In this document: positions 49,390 through 61,391 of the stretch, piece by piece
Numbering within the stretch: the first letter of the stretch is position 1
Layout: every line of letters starts with the position of its first letter
Assembly: GCF_001194135.2 (NCBI RefSeq)
Contig: NC_069004.1
Span: 11,610,322-11,671,712 of the forward strand
Direction of reading: 5' to 3'
Source: Octopus bimaculoides
Lineage: Eukaryota
DNA: 61,391 nucleotides
Position numbers and translations under genes: made by a program
Notes under the pieces: generated by a model
Seen by the model: only the letters and a program-made list of their open reading frames with translations
The model's database searches: none
What the model was told of the DNA's origin: nothing

Positions 49390-49593
49390 ATTTGTGTGTC
49401 TATGTTTATCCCCCCAACATCGCTAGACAACCGATGGTGGCGTGTTTAAGTCCCTGTAGCCTGATGGTTCGGCAAAAGGAACTGATAGAATAAGTACTAC
49501 GTTTACAAAGAATAAGTCCCGGGGTAGATTTGCTCGACTAAAGGCAGTGCTCCAGTATGGCCGCAGTCCAATGACTGAAACAAGTAAAAGAGT
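49138..49593 (+). mobile_element. Full-length SINE family C with internal (TA)n(TG)n
   Basis: ggcgcaggagtggctgtgtggtaag...ggttcagtcccact...ccttgggcgagtgtctt...(TA)n...gactgaaacaagtaaaagagt. Other copies at 8311, 24040, 43340, 46230, 52985 and 58345. Confidence 0.88.
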
Positions 49594-49868
49594 ATGTCCC
49601 AAACTTCTCAACTCAAGACTTTAGAAATATTGATTTCAAATTTTGGAACAAGGCCAGCAATTTCAGGGTAGTGAGGAGGGTCGATTATATCGAACCTAGT
49701 GTTCAACTGTTACTTATTTTTATCAAATCCCCAAAAAATGAAAAGTAAAGTTGATCTTGGCAGAATTTGAACTCAGAACATACAGATGAGTGAAATGCTA
49801 CTAAGTGTGTTGATGATTGTACCTGTTCACTGCTTCCAAAACTTCAAAAATATTCCCAATCTTTTTAA

Positions 49869-50085
49869 CCCTTTAACATTCAGATTATTCTGTAAATGGA
49901 GTGCTCATTTATTAACACTTTTCAATTAATCATGCATTATCTTGTAGCTTTGAGACTTCGATGATGAGATTGCTCACTATTAATACGATGTTGTGAGGTA
50001 GATATGAGATGATGTATTGAGCCAGTTTAAGCATAAAGCATATAGAATAACTTGGCTGGATGTGGCCAGTTTAAATGCTAAACGC
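49869..50085. mobile_element. piggyBac-like MITE, diverged copy
   Basis: ttaa|ccctttaacattcagatt...aaatgctaaacgc|ttaa. Confidence 0.7.
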
Positions 50086-50844
50086 TTAACAGAAGATTCT
50101 ATTTGTTGGATAAAAACACTAAGATAAGTAGAATGGCTCATACAAAAAGTGAACTTGCCCTGGTGTTATTTTTAACTCAGGAACAGAGTGCTGTTACTTA
50201 CTTCTCAGTGGCAACTGCATATAACTTCATCAAAATGCACCTAATACCTGCACAGAGCAAATCACAATACAGCTATCACACAGTCATTACTATTATCTTC
50301 CATTATATCCACAAATATATGGAAATGCAGAACAAAGAACTATGTTTGGAACAACTAATTGTTTCTTATTCTTCACCGTATAAACAAAAATTCTATTGTT
50401 TCCTTAGAAATTAACTTGGACTGTCTCTTCGTACAGATTATTTCCATCAAAGATCACATGTGCTTATCTGTGTTATTCTTATCAAAAGAGACTATCCGAT
50501 GATACAGGAAAGCACTTCCATTGTTCTTATTAAAGATGTACCAAAGCATGATTGTTCTTGAAGAAAACGTTCATGTTGAGCAAACGTAAAGTGTTTTCTT
50601 CACTCGTGCTCTTAAATTTATATTGACTAATTTAGTTAATTAGTAGCAGCACTAGTTCTTAAAATGATTTCATCTGAAAATAAAGGCATGGATATTAAAA
50701 GATTAAAACAATGCTATGAAAACAAACAAAAGGAAAAGGATAAAAGAGAAATTGTGCTTGAAATGGTTAACAACTTTTTTGTTATAATACTATATTCATG
50801 TTTTAGTAAAGTACGGTTTATTGTTGTTGTTGTTATTATCATTA

Positions 50845-51400
50845 TTATTATTTACTTTCAATCTGCATGTCTGTTACAATCACTTGCTGAGACACACCCA
50901 GCATCTTAGGGCAAGTGAAGGATAAGGGATGTTACAAAAGCTTGGGGAGGGGAAGTGCCAGGGGCAGCAGTGAAATATCTTCATGTAATACAACATAGAC
51001 ATTTAAATTGTTAGGGTTTTTCTAAGGATGTGTGCAGCACTTGTCAGCACAATCTCTTGGATTTCTCTGAGACATGGTTCTCCTGGGATATTATCTGTTT
51101 TTGACATCCCTTTCTTATCATATTTAGGGCACCCACAATAACAGGAACAGTTCTTGCTTTAAGATGCCACATCTTTTGTATTTCAATTTTTAGGTCTTTG
51201 TATTTACTTGATTTGTCAAATTCCTTTTCAGATATATTTTTATCAGTGGGAACACTTACATCTATTAGCTTGCAAGTATTTTCTTCCCTGTCTTTAATGA
51301 CTATGTCTGGTTGATTAACCTGGATTGTTTTGTCAGTGTTGATTGGAAAATCCCAGAGGATAGTGACATGTTTACCTTCAACGACTGGCTGAGGATGATA
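50845..51400 (-). mobile_element. 3' fragment of an RLE-type non-LTR retrotransposon (R4/Dong-like): restriction-like endonuclease, C-terminus, 3'UTR, (AAT)n tail
   Basis: ILWDFPINTDK...PDIVIKD...LIDVSVP...K..KYKDL...MW...VPVIVGAL, then after a frameshift IQEIVLTSAAHILRKTL* (stop 51003-51005). Confidence 0.88.
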
Positions 51401-51489
51401 TATATATTTGCCCTTAAACTTTAAAGACAAAACCGAAATATAGTCAATACATGCTAGTTAACACACATTAATTAACAAGAAAAAAATAC

Positions 51490-51696
51490 CTTTAAACAAT
51501 GTACGACCAACAAACTTTTCGGTCCAGGGGCCATACTTATTGTCGATATAAGCTCGCATCTTAATTGTATATTTAGTCTCTGGTTTCAAATTTTCAAGTG
51601 TGAGGTTGAATCCTTCCAGGTGATATGTTGTTAGGTTTTTGGCATCTCCTTCTTGGACTGTCATCTCATACTTCCAGCCTCTCCAGCATCCATTTC
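51490..51696 (-). CDS. ROS1: ROS1-like exon 5: FN3 C-terminal part
   Basis: ttgccaag|GA...AAAG|gtattt; phase 1->1; GNGCWRGWKYEMTV...LENLKPETKYTIKMRAYIDNKYGPWTEKFVGRTLFK. Confidence 0.92.
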
Positions 51697-52604
51697 CTTG
51701 GCAAGAATAAAATAAGAAATGCACTCAATACAAGTGTTACATCATTGATGTTCTTTAACTTTGAGTTACATACATCTATGGTTAAGACAGTTCCATTTAC
51801 AACCATTCTATCTTCTCGTATGTCACAGACTACACCAATCACTGTATGAGTTATATGCTCAAGAGCAAGATCTGCTCGATGAAAAGGCGGTGCTCCAGCA
51901 TGGCCGCAGTCAAATGAATGAAACAAGTAAAAGAGTAAAAAAGGAACACACATGCACACACACCCACCCATTGATTTGGGTGGTTGACATTCTCTTTCCT
52001 CTGGTTACCACGGAGACAATGACAGGGTTTTTGAGGATGAATGAAAAGATTTTAATTTTGCCATTTTTAACTGTTGTCAAATTGGGACTTAACAACGTCC
52101 CATGACACACACAAACACACATCTTCAACATGCAAACACACTTGCATGTACGCACGCACACGCATATATGCATGCACATACACTCAAGTACACACACACA
52201 CACACAACATTAATGTGAGGCAACATAATTATCCTCCTACCACCATCCTCTGAAGAGAAAGGAAGTAGCAGATCTGAAGGAGGAGCAGTGAGGGGTGAAG
52301 AGAGGAGAGAGTAGAGTGGAGGGTGATAAAGAGAGAGAGACAGAGAGGGGGGGGAGGCTGAGTTATTTATCAGGATATTTTGTTTTTTAAATGAAGTTTG
52401 TCATGATGACCTCTGACATTTCATTCACTAATCTCAACATTTGACATTCTCAGAGAGAGGGGGAGGAAGAAAGAAAGAGAGAGAGAAAGAAATCATCTTT
52501 AATAAGGAAGCCTGTACACAATTCTATTTTGTAGTTGTTGTTATTTTCAACTGGTTCTTCTATCTCCTCTCTCTGTCTCTCTCTCTCTCTACACACACAC
52601 ACAT

Positions 52605-52836
52605 GATGGTGCCATGTAAAAAGCACCCAGTACACTCTGTAAAGTGGCTGGTGTTCATTCGGAAGGGCATCTAGCTGTAGAAACTAAGCCAAAAAACAGA
52701 CCATGTAACTTGGTGTGCACCCTGCCCTTGTCAGCTCCTGTCAAACCATCCAACCCATCCCAGCATGGAAAACAAACGTTAAATGATGTTGGTGATGATG
52801 ATGCTGATGATGATGATGATGGTGATGGTGATGACA
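52605..52836 (+). mobile_element. SINE-like family D, 3' part
   Basis: aaaagcacccagtacactctg...gaagggcatc...ccaacccatcccagcatggaaaac...(GAT)n. Confidence 0.7.
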
Positions 52837-52984
52837 TGTAATGATATTCCATCATTTTAGAAAGAGAGTGAGAGTAGATATATAAAATAGTTTTTAAAAA
52901 ATTTCTAATCAATATTTAGAATATTTGTTAATGTGGATATCAATTTTAATTGATAATTTTCCCAAAAGTGGTAAATTTATGTTT

Positions 52985-53515
52985 AGGCATGGTGGCTGTG
53001 TACTTAAGAAGTTTGCTTTGCGGGGGCATGCTTTTGGGTTCAGTCCCATTGCACAACATCCTGTCTTAGTAACTTCTTTGGTTGATCAATGCCTTGTGTA
53101 TTTGGTAGATGGAAACTGTGAGGAGCCTATATATATAATTTATGTCTGTCTTAATTAATGACAAAAGAACAGAAGTCACGTAATCACCTTCATTAGCTTA
53201 CAGCTGTTTCTGCAACAAGATGCAGTGCACTTAGAGCTGAGTGCTTGCGCAACATATGTGTATTTTCTTTTACCCAAAGCCAGGAACTTCTCAGCAACTC
53301 CTTGTGTATATGTGTGTACATGAGTGCTTGCATTTGCTCCCCCCCCCTCCACTGTTTGACAAATAATGTTGGTTTGTCTACATCCTCAAGACTTAGCTGT
53401 TCAGCAACAGAAACCAACAAAATAAGCACCAAATTTGAAATAAATACTGTGGTAGAGTAGTTCAACCAACACTACAGCGTGGTCACAGTTCAGTGACCGA
53501 AGCATGTAAAAGAGC
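52985..53515 (+). mobile_element. SINE family C, diverged and interrupted
   Basis: Head ggcatggtggctgtgtacttaag...ggttcagtccca; tail gacttagctgttcagc...gaataagcac-like...catgtaaaagag. Confidence 0.6.
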
Positions 53516-54189
53516 ATAATCTGCTGACCTCGTTTTCTTTGCCTAATTAATCTAAGCTGTTAATTAATGCTAATTACATAAAAATGTAATTCAGACAAAC
53601 ATGCTTCCATTCTTGAATTACCATAAATGGAACTATTTTGAGAACTTCAACAAACACCCAAGAATTCTTCAAACTATAAAAGAAACCAAGATTGAAATAA
53701 AAAAAAAAATTTTAAATGGTGCATTCTAAGCTAATTCCAGCAAAGTGAGATGTTGTGTCATTTCATGGCAACAATCCAAAGACCAGGTCCACAGCTGGCA
53801 ATTATTATTACCACAGAAAATGGTTTGCATTCAGTGCATTCTTAAAGATGCTTTCACCAATTCCTAAAAACCCAGCAATGCACACATGTATTATTCAACA
53901 CTTTCCCGACCAGTAAGAGAAGTTGCAATAACATGTAATGGCGCTTCTTAGATATTGCTGCAGTTGCTGCTGCTGCTGATGCTGCTACTGCAGCAAAGTG
54001 CCCCTCCCCACCAACTACCACCACCACCACCACCACCACCACTACTGCCACCATACCAGCCAACAATGACTCAACACATATAAAACTAACAGACTGAATA
54101 TAAACAATGTTTACATCTTTTAGAATCAAATGTTTATTTATTTTCATTGGGGGAAGAACTACAAACAACATCAAAATAACATTAGTGCC

Positions 54190-54228
54190 GGTATATGTGA
54201 GTGTGTGTGTGTGCATATACATATATGC

Positions 54229-54266
<38 letters not shown>

Positions 54267-54347
54267 ATATGTGTATATACATATATACAAACATACATGT
54301 ATACATATATGCATATACATATATGCATATGTGCGTGTGTGTGTGTG

Positions 54348-54407
<60 letters not shown>

Positions 54408-54776
54408 CACACATACATATATATATATATATATATGCATACATATTCATAATGATGATATACATACATATATATATATGCATAGATACATATGTATACA
54501 TATATATACCTATTCATACACACACTTATATATATATACATACATATATATGTGTGTAAATACATATGTATATATACATATTCACACATACACACACATA
54601 TACATACATATGAAGTTATTTAAAATCTTGTTTTCCTTAAATAAAATCAGATTGCTGCTTCATAATTTCATGTTTTAAATTGTTTGTGTGTGTGCGTGTG
54701 CATGTGTGTGTGTGTGTGTGTGCGTGCATGCATGCGTGCGTGCGCGCGCGTGTGTGTGTGTGTGTGTGTGTGTGCA
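54190..54776. repeat. (TA)/(TG)/(CA) microsatellite field
   Basis: Direct reading. Confidence 0.92.
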
Positions 54777-55614
54777 TGTACAGTTCTGGCATGTAAAATA
54801 AAAGCAGATATTGTTTTTGCTGTTGTCGTTATCAGTCCTAGATGAACCCTGCTCAATAAGACTTTCATTGAAAGCCATTCCAGATATGGCTGTCCCCATC
54901 TGCATTTCAAGTACAGCATATCTACAGTTACAGTCCTAAATAAATATAGCTTTGGGTGATGCGGAGGAGGTTTAGCTGTTATTTCTGTTTAGCTCCTATT
55001 TGAATGGCCAGTAGGGGAGAGGCTTCCTCGAAGACCTGTTAAGATGATGATGATGAGAAGGAGGAAGAAGAAGAAGAGGAGTTACACACACACACACCAC
55101 CACAGGCATACATTCACACACACTATCACATACATCCATACACACTAGCACATGCGCACCCATCCACTCACTAGCACACACACTCACACCCACAAATGCA
55201 GTCTAAAACACACACACCTACATGCACCCTAACATACACCCACACACACACTCTAACCTCACCCAACCACACTAATATACTAATATCTCAAAGAAATGAA
55301 AATTAATTTCTCTGTTCTGCAACTCGTTACATATTTGTGTGCAACAATTCAATATTTTCCTAACGAGGTTTTAATTCCCAATTAGAAATGTGTCCAAGTG
55401 TGCTCAGTAAGTATTTACATCAAATATTATTAATATAATCCGGGATAATTGATTGATTGATTGATTTATTAATCATTATTGATGACATCATCATCATCAT
55501 CAGCACCATCACCATCAACATTTTATTTCCATTGTCCCCACAGGGGACAGTCTGAGTGGCTCAGATCCTCTCAAGCTATCCAACCTCATAGCAACATGGA
55601 GAATGGCCCTTAAG

Positions 55615-55768
55615 CGATGACGGTGATGATGACAATGATGATGATGATGATGAAAATAATAATGACGATGATAATGATGATGATGACAATAATGATGACA
55701 ATGATGATGATGATAGCAATGACACTGATGATGATGATGATGATGATAATGACACTGATGATGATGAT
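55615..55768. repeat. (GAT/AAT)n microsatellite
   Basis: Direct reading; source of the His-rich ORF. Confidence 0.9.
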
Positions 55769-55950
55769 TCATTAATTGTAATTAATTAATTAATCTTGCA
55801 ATAAACCTACAATTTTTACTTCTTTAACATTTTATCAAATTCCAATAAGCTATCCAAACATTATTTCAAAATAAAAAATTTTTTAACCCCCACCCCAAAA
55901 AAAAACCTGCAATAAATTTTCTACCAAAAGTTACAAGCTTTGCTGCTCAC

Positions 55951-56043
55951 CTTGGTATATAAGTTTCTCTGGTTTATTCCATCGTATGTCCGCTGTTGTA
56001 TCAGAGAACAACACCGCCAAATTACTGGGTGGATTAGTTGGAA
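55951..56043 (-). CDS. ROS1: ROS1-like exon 4: FN3 N-terminal part
   Basis: catttcag|TT...CAAG|gtgagc; phase 1->1; VPTNPPSNLAVLFSDTTADIRWNKPEKLIYQ. Too short to appear in the ORF track. Confidence 0.9.
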
Positions 56044-56117
56044 CTGAAATGAGTAAGTCAGAAATGTTTGCATATCAAAATATAAAGCAGTTATTAATAA
56101 AATAATCCTTTTTAGTA

Positions 56118-56351
56118 TAAGAACAAAGCCTGAAATTTTAGGGGGGAGGGTACTTGATGATTACATTGATCTCAGTGCTCAGCTGGTACTTATTTTACTG
56201 ACTCTAAAAAAAACAAAAACAAAAACAAAAACAAAAAGCAAAGTCAACCTCAGCAGGATTTGAACTCAGGACACAAGGATAAGTGAGATGCTGTTAAGCA
56301 TTTTACCCCAGTATGCCTGGCATGCTAACAATTCCACTTGCTCGTTGCCTT
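56118..56351 (-). mobile_element. SINE family B, diverged
   Basis: cagctggtacttatttt...aaagtcaacctcagcaggatttgaactcag...gctaacaatt. Confidence 0.7.
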
Positions 56352-56665
56352 AATAATAATAGTAATAATAATATCAATATGATTAGTTACAACATTTATA
56401 TAATGCGATAACATGTCTTTTTTGTGGATTAATTCTAACATGGAATAGTAGAACACATGACCTTTCAGGACAGCTTTGACTTTATAGTATATCACACCTC
56501 TTTTTATGTGACCTTTTTGTGTGGCCTTCAGTTGGAATTCCTAGCTTTTCTCTAAGCTTGTATGACAAGAAACAGCATAACCTCTCCTCTACGCTGTTAT
56601 ATTTTCTTTTAGATTACAGAAAACAATAAAGAATAATATTTACATAAAAGAAATAAATTAAACTT

Positions 56666-56726
<61 letters not shown>

Positions 56727-56815
56727 TAGCAGTAGCAGCAGCAGCAGTAGTAGTAGTAGTAGTAGTAACCACCGTAGCAGTAGTAGTAGTAGTAGCAGCA
56801 GCAGTAGCAGTAGTT

Positions 56816-56852
<37 letters not shown>

Positions 56853-56896
56853 CAGCTGTAACAGCAGCAGCAGCAGTAGTAGTAGTAGTAGTAGTA
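56666..56896. repeat. (AGT/AGC)n compound trinucleotide repeat
   Basis: Direct reading. Confidence 0.95.
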
Positions 56897-57197
56897 TAGG
56901 GGCATGTGCTGCAACAGCATGTCACTGCATCCACCACTGGTGGTGGTGTGTTTATGGCCTTGTAAGATAATGGTTCAGCAAAAGAGACCAATAGAATAAG
57001 AAGCAGGCTAAGAAAAGTAAAAAAAAAAAAAAACCCTAAGTATGCTATCAATTCATTTGACAGAAAATCCTTCAAGGCTGCAGTCTAATGACTGAAACAA
57101 GTGCAATTAAGAAGAAGAAGAGAGAGAGAGAGAGAGAGAGAGANNNNNNNNNNNNNNNNNNNNNNNGCAAAACAGAGAGCAAGTCAACAATGAAATA

Positions 57198-57425
57198 TTG
57201 GGTTGTCCAGAAAGTTCGTGCCGATTTTTAAAGGAAAGAAAAAGGTCAATAAATACTTGCCATTACATTTTTAATCAACCAAATATGAACCATTTTGTTG
57301 CACAATGCATCTTTATCTTTCCTTTAACTTGAAAATACCCTCTTCCCAGAATTGAGGTGGTTTCATGGCAAATAAGTCAAAAGGTAAGCTACTATAAATC
57401 GGCACGAACTTTCTGGACAACCCAA
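57198..57425. mobile_element. mariner-type MITE
   Basis: Perfect 30-bp TIR ttgggttgtccagaaagttcgtgccgattt; TA TSD at 57196-57197 and 57426-57427. Confidence 0.93.
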
Positions 57426-57431
57426 TACAAT

Positions 57432-57580
57432 ATTTGAGGCAATTCCGCTGAGGTTGACTTTGACTTTCATCCTTTCAGGGTCGATAAATCAAGTACCAGT
57501 TGTGTATCTGGGCTGACCTAATCGACTAGCCCCTTCCTCAAAGATTTCAGGCCTTGTACTTAGAGTAGAAAAGAATATTT
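57432..57580 (+). mobile_element. SINE family B 3' part
   Basis: aattccgctgaggttgactttgactttcatcctttcagggtcgataaatcaagtacc...; atatttgaggcaatt is repeated at both ends. Confidence 0.75.
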
Positions 57581-57627
57581 GAGGCAATTAAGCAATATCG
57601 ACAAGACTGTCTATGAAGACCACTTAC

Positions 57628-58049
57628 CAGGCATTGGCTGGGCAGATGAATGGAACATGTTAAATCCACTGAATGAACTTTCTTTAAAATGGATTGTGTT
57701 GTAATGGTATTTGCCTCCATGCTGGTCATAGACTTCCTTCAAAACTTTCTGTCCGTCTGTCCAGATAAAGGAACCGTTGAAAAACACAATACTTTTGATG
57801 TTGTTGAAGTTGGCTTTCATAACGTTCTTCCGGATATTGGAGGGTCCTTCTCCATCTAAAAACGTTGACATGATTGTGTTGAGGGAACTATTCGGGAAGT
57901 AAAGCTGAATATTCTCAAAGTCAATTGTGAAAGAATCTTGTTTGTTCTTCACAATCTGAAGTGGGGGAACATTTTTGCCGCTTTCTATGTCACCCAAGTC
58001 AACCCGGAAGATTCCGTTGTTTTGTCCACTCTGAGTGTAATACAGGAAA
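57628..58049 (-). CDS. ROS1: ROS1-like exon 3: beta-propeller, ends QPMP
   Basis: ttttacag|T...CCTG|gtaagt; phase 2->1; FLYYTQSGQNNGIFRVDL...SFIWTDG...FHSSAQPMP. Confidence 0.92.
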
Positions 58050-59320
58050 CTGTAAAATTAATTATAGAAAAGAAAAATTAAATTAAATAAACCACAAAGA
58101 AAAATGAAGAAAACAAATCATTGAATAAAAATTTTCATTTAATTATTTTATATTATATAAAATTTTAATTCTTTTTTCTATTAAAAAAAAAAAATTGTTT
58201 TTAAGATTTCTAGTTGCTTCTATTTTCTGATTTCTTATCTCAGTTCCTTTGGTTCATCTTTCAAATACCAGTAATACCTGAGTAACACATTAGGGGTTGG
58301 CTCAATCAACAATGCATATTCTTTCATCAAAATAAACACACACACTTGCCCAAGGTGCCATGTAGTAGGACTGAACCTGGAACCATGTGGTTGGTAAGCA
58401 AGCTACTTACCACACAGCCACATCTCAAGAACACAATGCACCACCCAGTCTAGGAAGTGATCTCACGATCTACTGTTTGTGAGTGCAACACCCTAACCAC
58501 TACGCCATGCACCCTCATGTATATGCATATGCACATATATATATATATATACATATGCATATACATATATAAATATACACATACATATATCCATATACAC
58601 ATACATATATACATATAGATATACACATATATATACATATATACACACATACATATACCTATTTACACACACATNNNNNNNNNNNNNNNNNNNNNNNNNN
58701 NNNNNNNNNNNNNNNNNNNNNNNNNNNNNNNNNNNNNNNNNNNNNNNNNNNNNNNNNNNNNNNNNNNNNNNNNNNNNNNNNNNNNNNNNNNNNNNNNNNN
58801 NNNNNNNNNNNNNNNNNNNNNNNNNNNNNNNNNNNNNNNNNNNNNNNNNNNNNNNNNNNNNNNNNNNNNNNNNNNNNNNNNNNNNNNNNNNNNNNNNNNN
58901 NNNNNNNNNNNNNNNNNNNNNNNNNNNNNNNNNNNNNNNNNNNNNNNNNNNNNNNNNNNNNNNNNNNNNNNNNNNNNNNNNNNNNNNNNNNNNNNNNNNN
59001 NNNNNNNNNNNNNNNNNNNNNNNNNNNNNNNNNNNNNNNNNNNNNNNNNNNNNNNNNNNNNNNNNNNNNNNNNNNNNNNNNNNNNNNNNNNNNNNNNNNN
59101 NNNNNNNNNNNNNNNNNNNNNNNNNNNNNNNNNNNNNNNNNNNNNNNNNNNNNNNNNNNNNNNNNNNNNNNNNNNNNNNNNNNNNNNNNNNNNNNNNNNN
59201 NNNNNNNNNNNNNNNNNNNNNNNNNNNNNNNNNNNNNNNNNNNNNNNNNNNNNNNNNNNNNNNNNNNNNNNNNNNNNNNNNNNNNNNNNNNNNNNNNNNN
59301 NNNNNNNNNNNNNNNNNNNN

Positions 59321-59552
59321 GGCACATAAAAGACACCATTTCGAGTGTGGCCGTTTTCGTGCGGGTGACACGTAAAAGCACCCACTACACTCTCTGAGTG
59401 GTTGGCGTTAGGAAGGGCATCCAGCTGTAGAAACTCTGCCAAATTAGACTGGAGCCTGGTGTTGCCATCCGGTTTCACCAGTCCTCAGTCAAATCGTCCA
59501 ACCCATGCTAGCATGGAAAGCGGACGTTAAACGATGATGATGATGATGATGA
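59321..59552 (+). mobile_element. SINE-like family D, well preserved 3' part with (GAT)n tail
   Basis: aaaagcacccactacactctctgagtggttggcgttaggaagggcatccagctgtagaaa...catgctagcatggaaagcggacgttaaacgatgatgat. Confidence 0.88.
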
Positions 59553-59723
59553 TTATATATATACATACACACACACACACTTTTTTTCAAACAGTTTTTT
59601 GTTAAATGCAATATAGAAAAAGAATTAAATGAAATAATTCAGAAATGTGAGCAATTAAAGGTCTGAGAAATTAATTAAATGTGTAAGGACTTAATTAAAG
59701 GTGGTGTATGATATAGAACTTAC

Positions 59724-59821
59724 CCATTTATGGGATCAACCTTGATATCAGAGGCACGTGATTGTAGGTGTCCTACAGCCAAATGACAAGTGTATTTTGG
59801 AGGGAGGAAACATTGGTAAAT
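59724..59821 (-). CDS. ROS1: ROS1-like exon 2: beta-propeller segment
   Basis: ttttctcag|ATT...GG|gtaagt; phase 0->2; IYQCFLPPKYTCHLAVGHLQSRASDIKVDPING. Confidence 0.88.
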
Positions 59822-60167
59822 CTGAGAAAATACAAAAATTATTATTATTGTTATTATTGCTGTTATCAATATTACTATTATTAATGTAATAATAAATAAA
59901 ACTGGGAGTTTGTTCATAAATATTATATATCCCTATCTCTCTCTCTTATATATATATATATATATATATATACTTGCAAAAAGGACGTGTGCGTTCAAAA
60001 CGTCGAGTTAGAATAGAGGCAGCTGATGAAGGAATAATTCCAAGTGGCTATCTGTTTTCCTATGTGTTCGTTCCGTTGTCTGTAGTTCATTGTTCTAACA
60101 TCCTGTACCCTGATATGCATCTATATACACATGTAGATGTAAGTATGTACATATATGAGTGTATACA

Positions 60168-60213
<46 letters not shown>

Positions 60214-60443
60214 AATACACATATAATTGTGTATGTCACAAATGAGCTATAAGATGTAGCTGAAAGTGGCTAGGGACATAAAATGGGACAACAAAGACAA
60301 ATAAATATATAGTAAATACCATACAAGATGAATTCTTCATTTACTGAAATTACTTTTGTTTTGAGGGAAGGTAAACAAATGCCCAGTGATGATTGCAACC
60401 GACTTCTGAACCAAGGAGAAGTAATCTCCCAAATAAAATATAT

Positions 60444-60467
60444 ATGATGTCATATATATGACATCAT
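60444..60467. repeat. Perfect 24-bp palindrome
   Basis: atgatgtcatatatatgacatcat equals its own reverse complement. Confidence 0.9.
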
Positions 60468-60675
60468 GACATTAATATTACTGTTTCAAATTTATCTTTT
60501 TACAAATTGATACAGAAAAAAATTTTCTCATATTTATTTTTCAACTGCTTTAACAACTGAAAGATAAATAAAGAATACCAAAATTTCCTGATTAATTCTT
60601 TGCCTGAAAATGGCAAAGAATTTTGAAGATTTAAAAGTGGGACAGCTCACGATTGATATAACTTAGAACACTCAC

Positions 60676-60854
60676 CTCCTGATCTCCAGCTATGTATGCC
60701 TTGTTGTGGAGCCAATCAACTGCGATAGCTTTAGGATTTTTCACTGTTGGATAAATATTTTCCTTTTGCTTGGAACTGTTTGTGAAAACCACATGGACTC
60801 TTCCATTTGAATCACTAAACAGAACCAAGTGGTTCTTTATGTGCACCCCTACAT
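60676..60854 (-). CDS. ROS1: ROS1-like exon 1 (first visible): beta-propeller segment
   Basis: cattgcag|AT...GAG|gtgagt; phase 1->0; DVGVHIKNHLVLFSDSNG...PKAIAVDWLHNKAYIAGDQE (YWTD-like AVDW motif). Confidence 0.88.
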
Positions 60855-61254
60855 CTGCAATGGAATGTGTCAAAGCAACCAAAAATTACACACAGAACTG
60901 TTGTACATATATTAACTCAATAGGAACTACCTAATAATCTGTATTAACACAGGTTAAAATAGCCATATTTTAATCTAGATACAAGACACCTTTACTTCAT
61001 TAGCAAAGTTTCAATTAATTACGGCCTTCCAGAGATAATTTCTCATTCATATTGCATTTCCTAGGCAACAGAATTTCAAAGAAATATTGATATAACAAAA
61101 ACGTTCATTAAAATGAAAATTACCCAAAATTTTAATTTCAGTTCGAAAAATACTATTTTGTGACTGAGAAATAAATAAAGTAATAATTTTATTTTATGTG
61201 TATGGATATATATACATTTTTACATATGAATATAAACTTAGGTATGAGTATGTG

Positions 61255-61317
61255 TTTGTATGTGTGTAATATATAATATATAGAGAGTATAAGTATATAT
61301 CTGTGTGTGTGTGTGTA

Positions 61318-61391
<74 letters not shown>
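61255..61391. repeat. (TG)/(TA)n microsatellites
   Basis: Direct reading. Confidence 0.92.

Larger units (their letters stand above)
9697..60854 (-). other. ROS1: Gene span (5'-incomplete): ROS1/Sevenless-family receptor tyrosine kinase
   Basis: 27 hand-traced GT-AG exons. Domain order (propeller-FN3-propeller-FN3-FN3-propeller-FN3x4-TM-kinase) matches ROS1/Sevenless. Family-typical segments: AKACESEIKWC, ELATLQDL...NNTLY, LGSGAFGEVFEG, EFLKEALLMSNFKH, ELMEGGDLL, GQQPYPARTNLEVLQYVRSGGRL. Confidence 0.93.

Noticed and set aside
50202-50247. AG...GTAAGT-bounded 46-nt segment as an extra exon between exons 5 and 6
   Set aside because: It would break the frame; exons 5 and 6 already join in phase with sensible sequence.
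54800-54919. Minus-strand ORF starts between exons 4 and 5
   Set aside because: Exons 4 and 5 join in phase to give a complete FN3; the ORFs lack homology and run into a microsatellite.

Overview
AT-rich, microsatellite- and SINE-dense eukaryotic genomic DNA with 13 assembly N-gaps. The repeat families look like octopus SINEs, so the source is probably Octopus; this is an inference. Most of the window is the 3' part of one large minus-strand gene for a ROS1/Sevenless-family receptor tyrosine kinase. I traced 27 coding exons by hand (60854 down to 15231, about 4.76 kb, about 1,585 codons), all with GT-AG boundaries. They encode YWTD-like beta-propellers alternating with FN3 repeats, a TM helix, a juxtamembrane segment and a tyrosine kinase. 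The 5' end lies beyond the window. At four places homology to ROS1 requires an exon that is not visible, including the HRD/DFG catalytic core; three of these are also phase breaks, and all four introns contain an N-gap. Most notable observations: (i) a duplicated candidate terminal exon (10569-10624 and 9697-9752) that would give two alternative C-termini; (ii) non-conservative changes at conserved kinase C-lobe positions (YxLM->YQLK, RPTF->RPTS); (iii) an exon beginning with a perfect 5' splice-site motif; (iv) many fold-back elements and inverted repeat pairs that could form dsRNA; (v) two unusual tRNA-like elements downstream of the gene. No CRISPR array, rRNA or convincingly functional tRNA gene was found.
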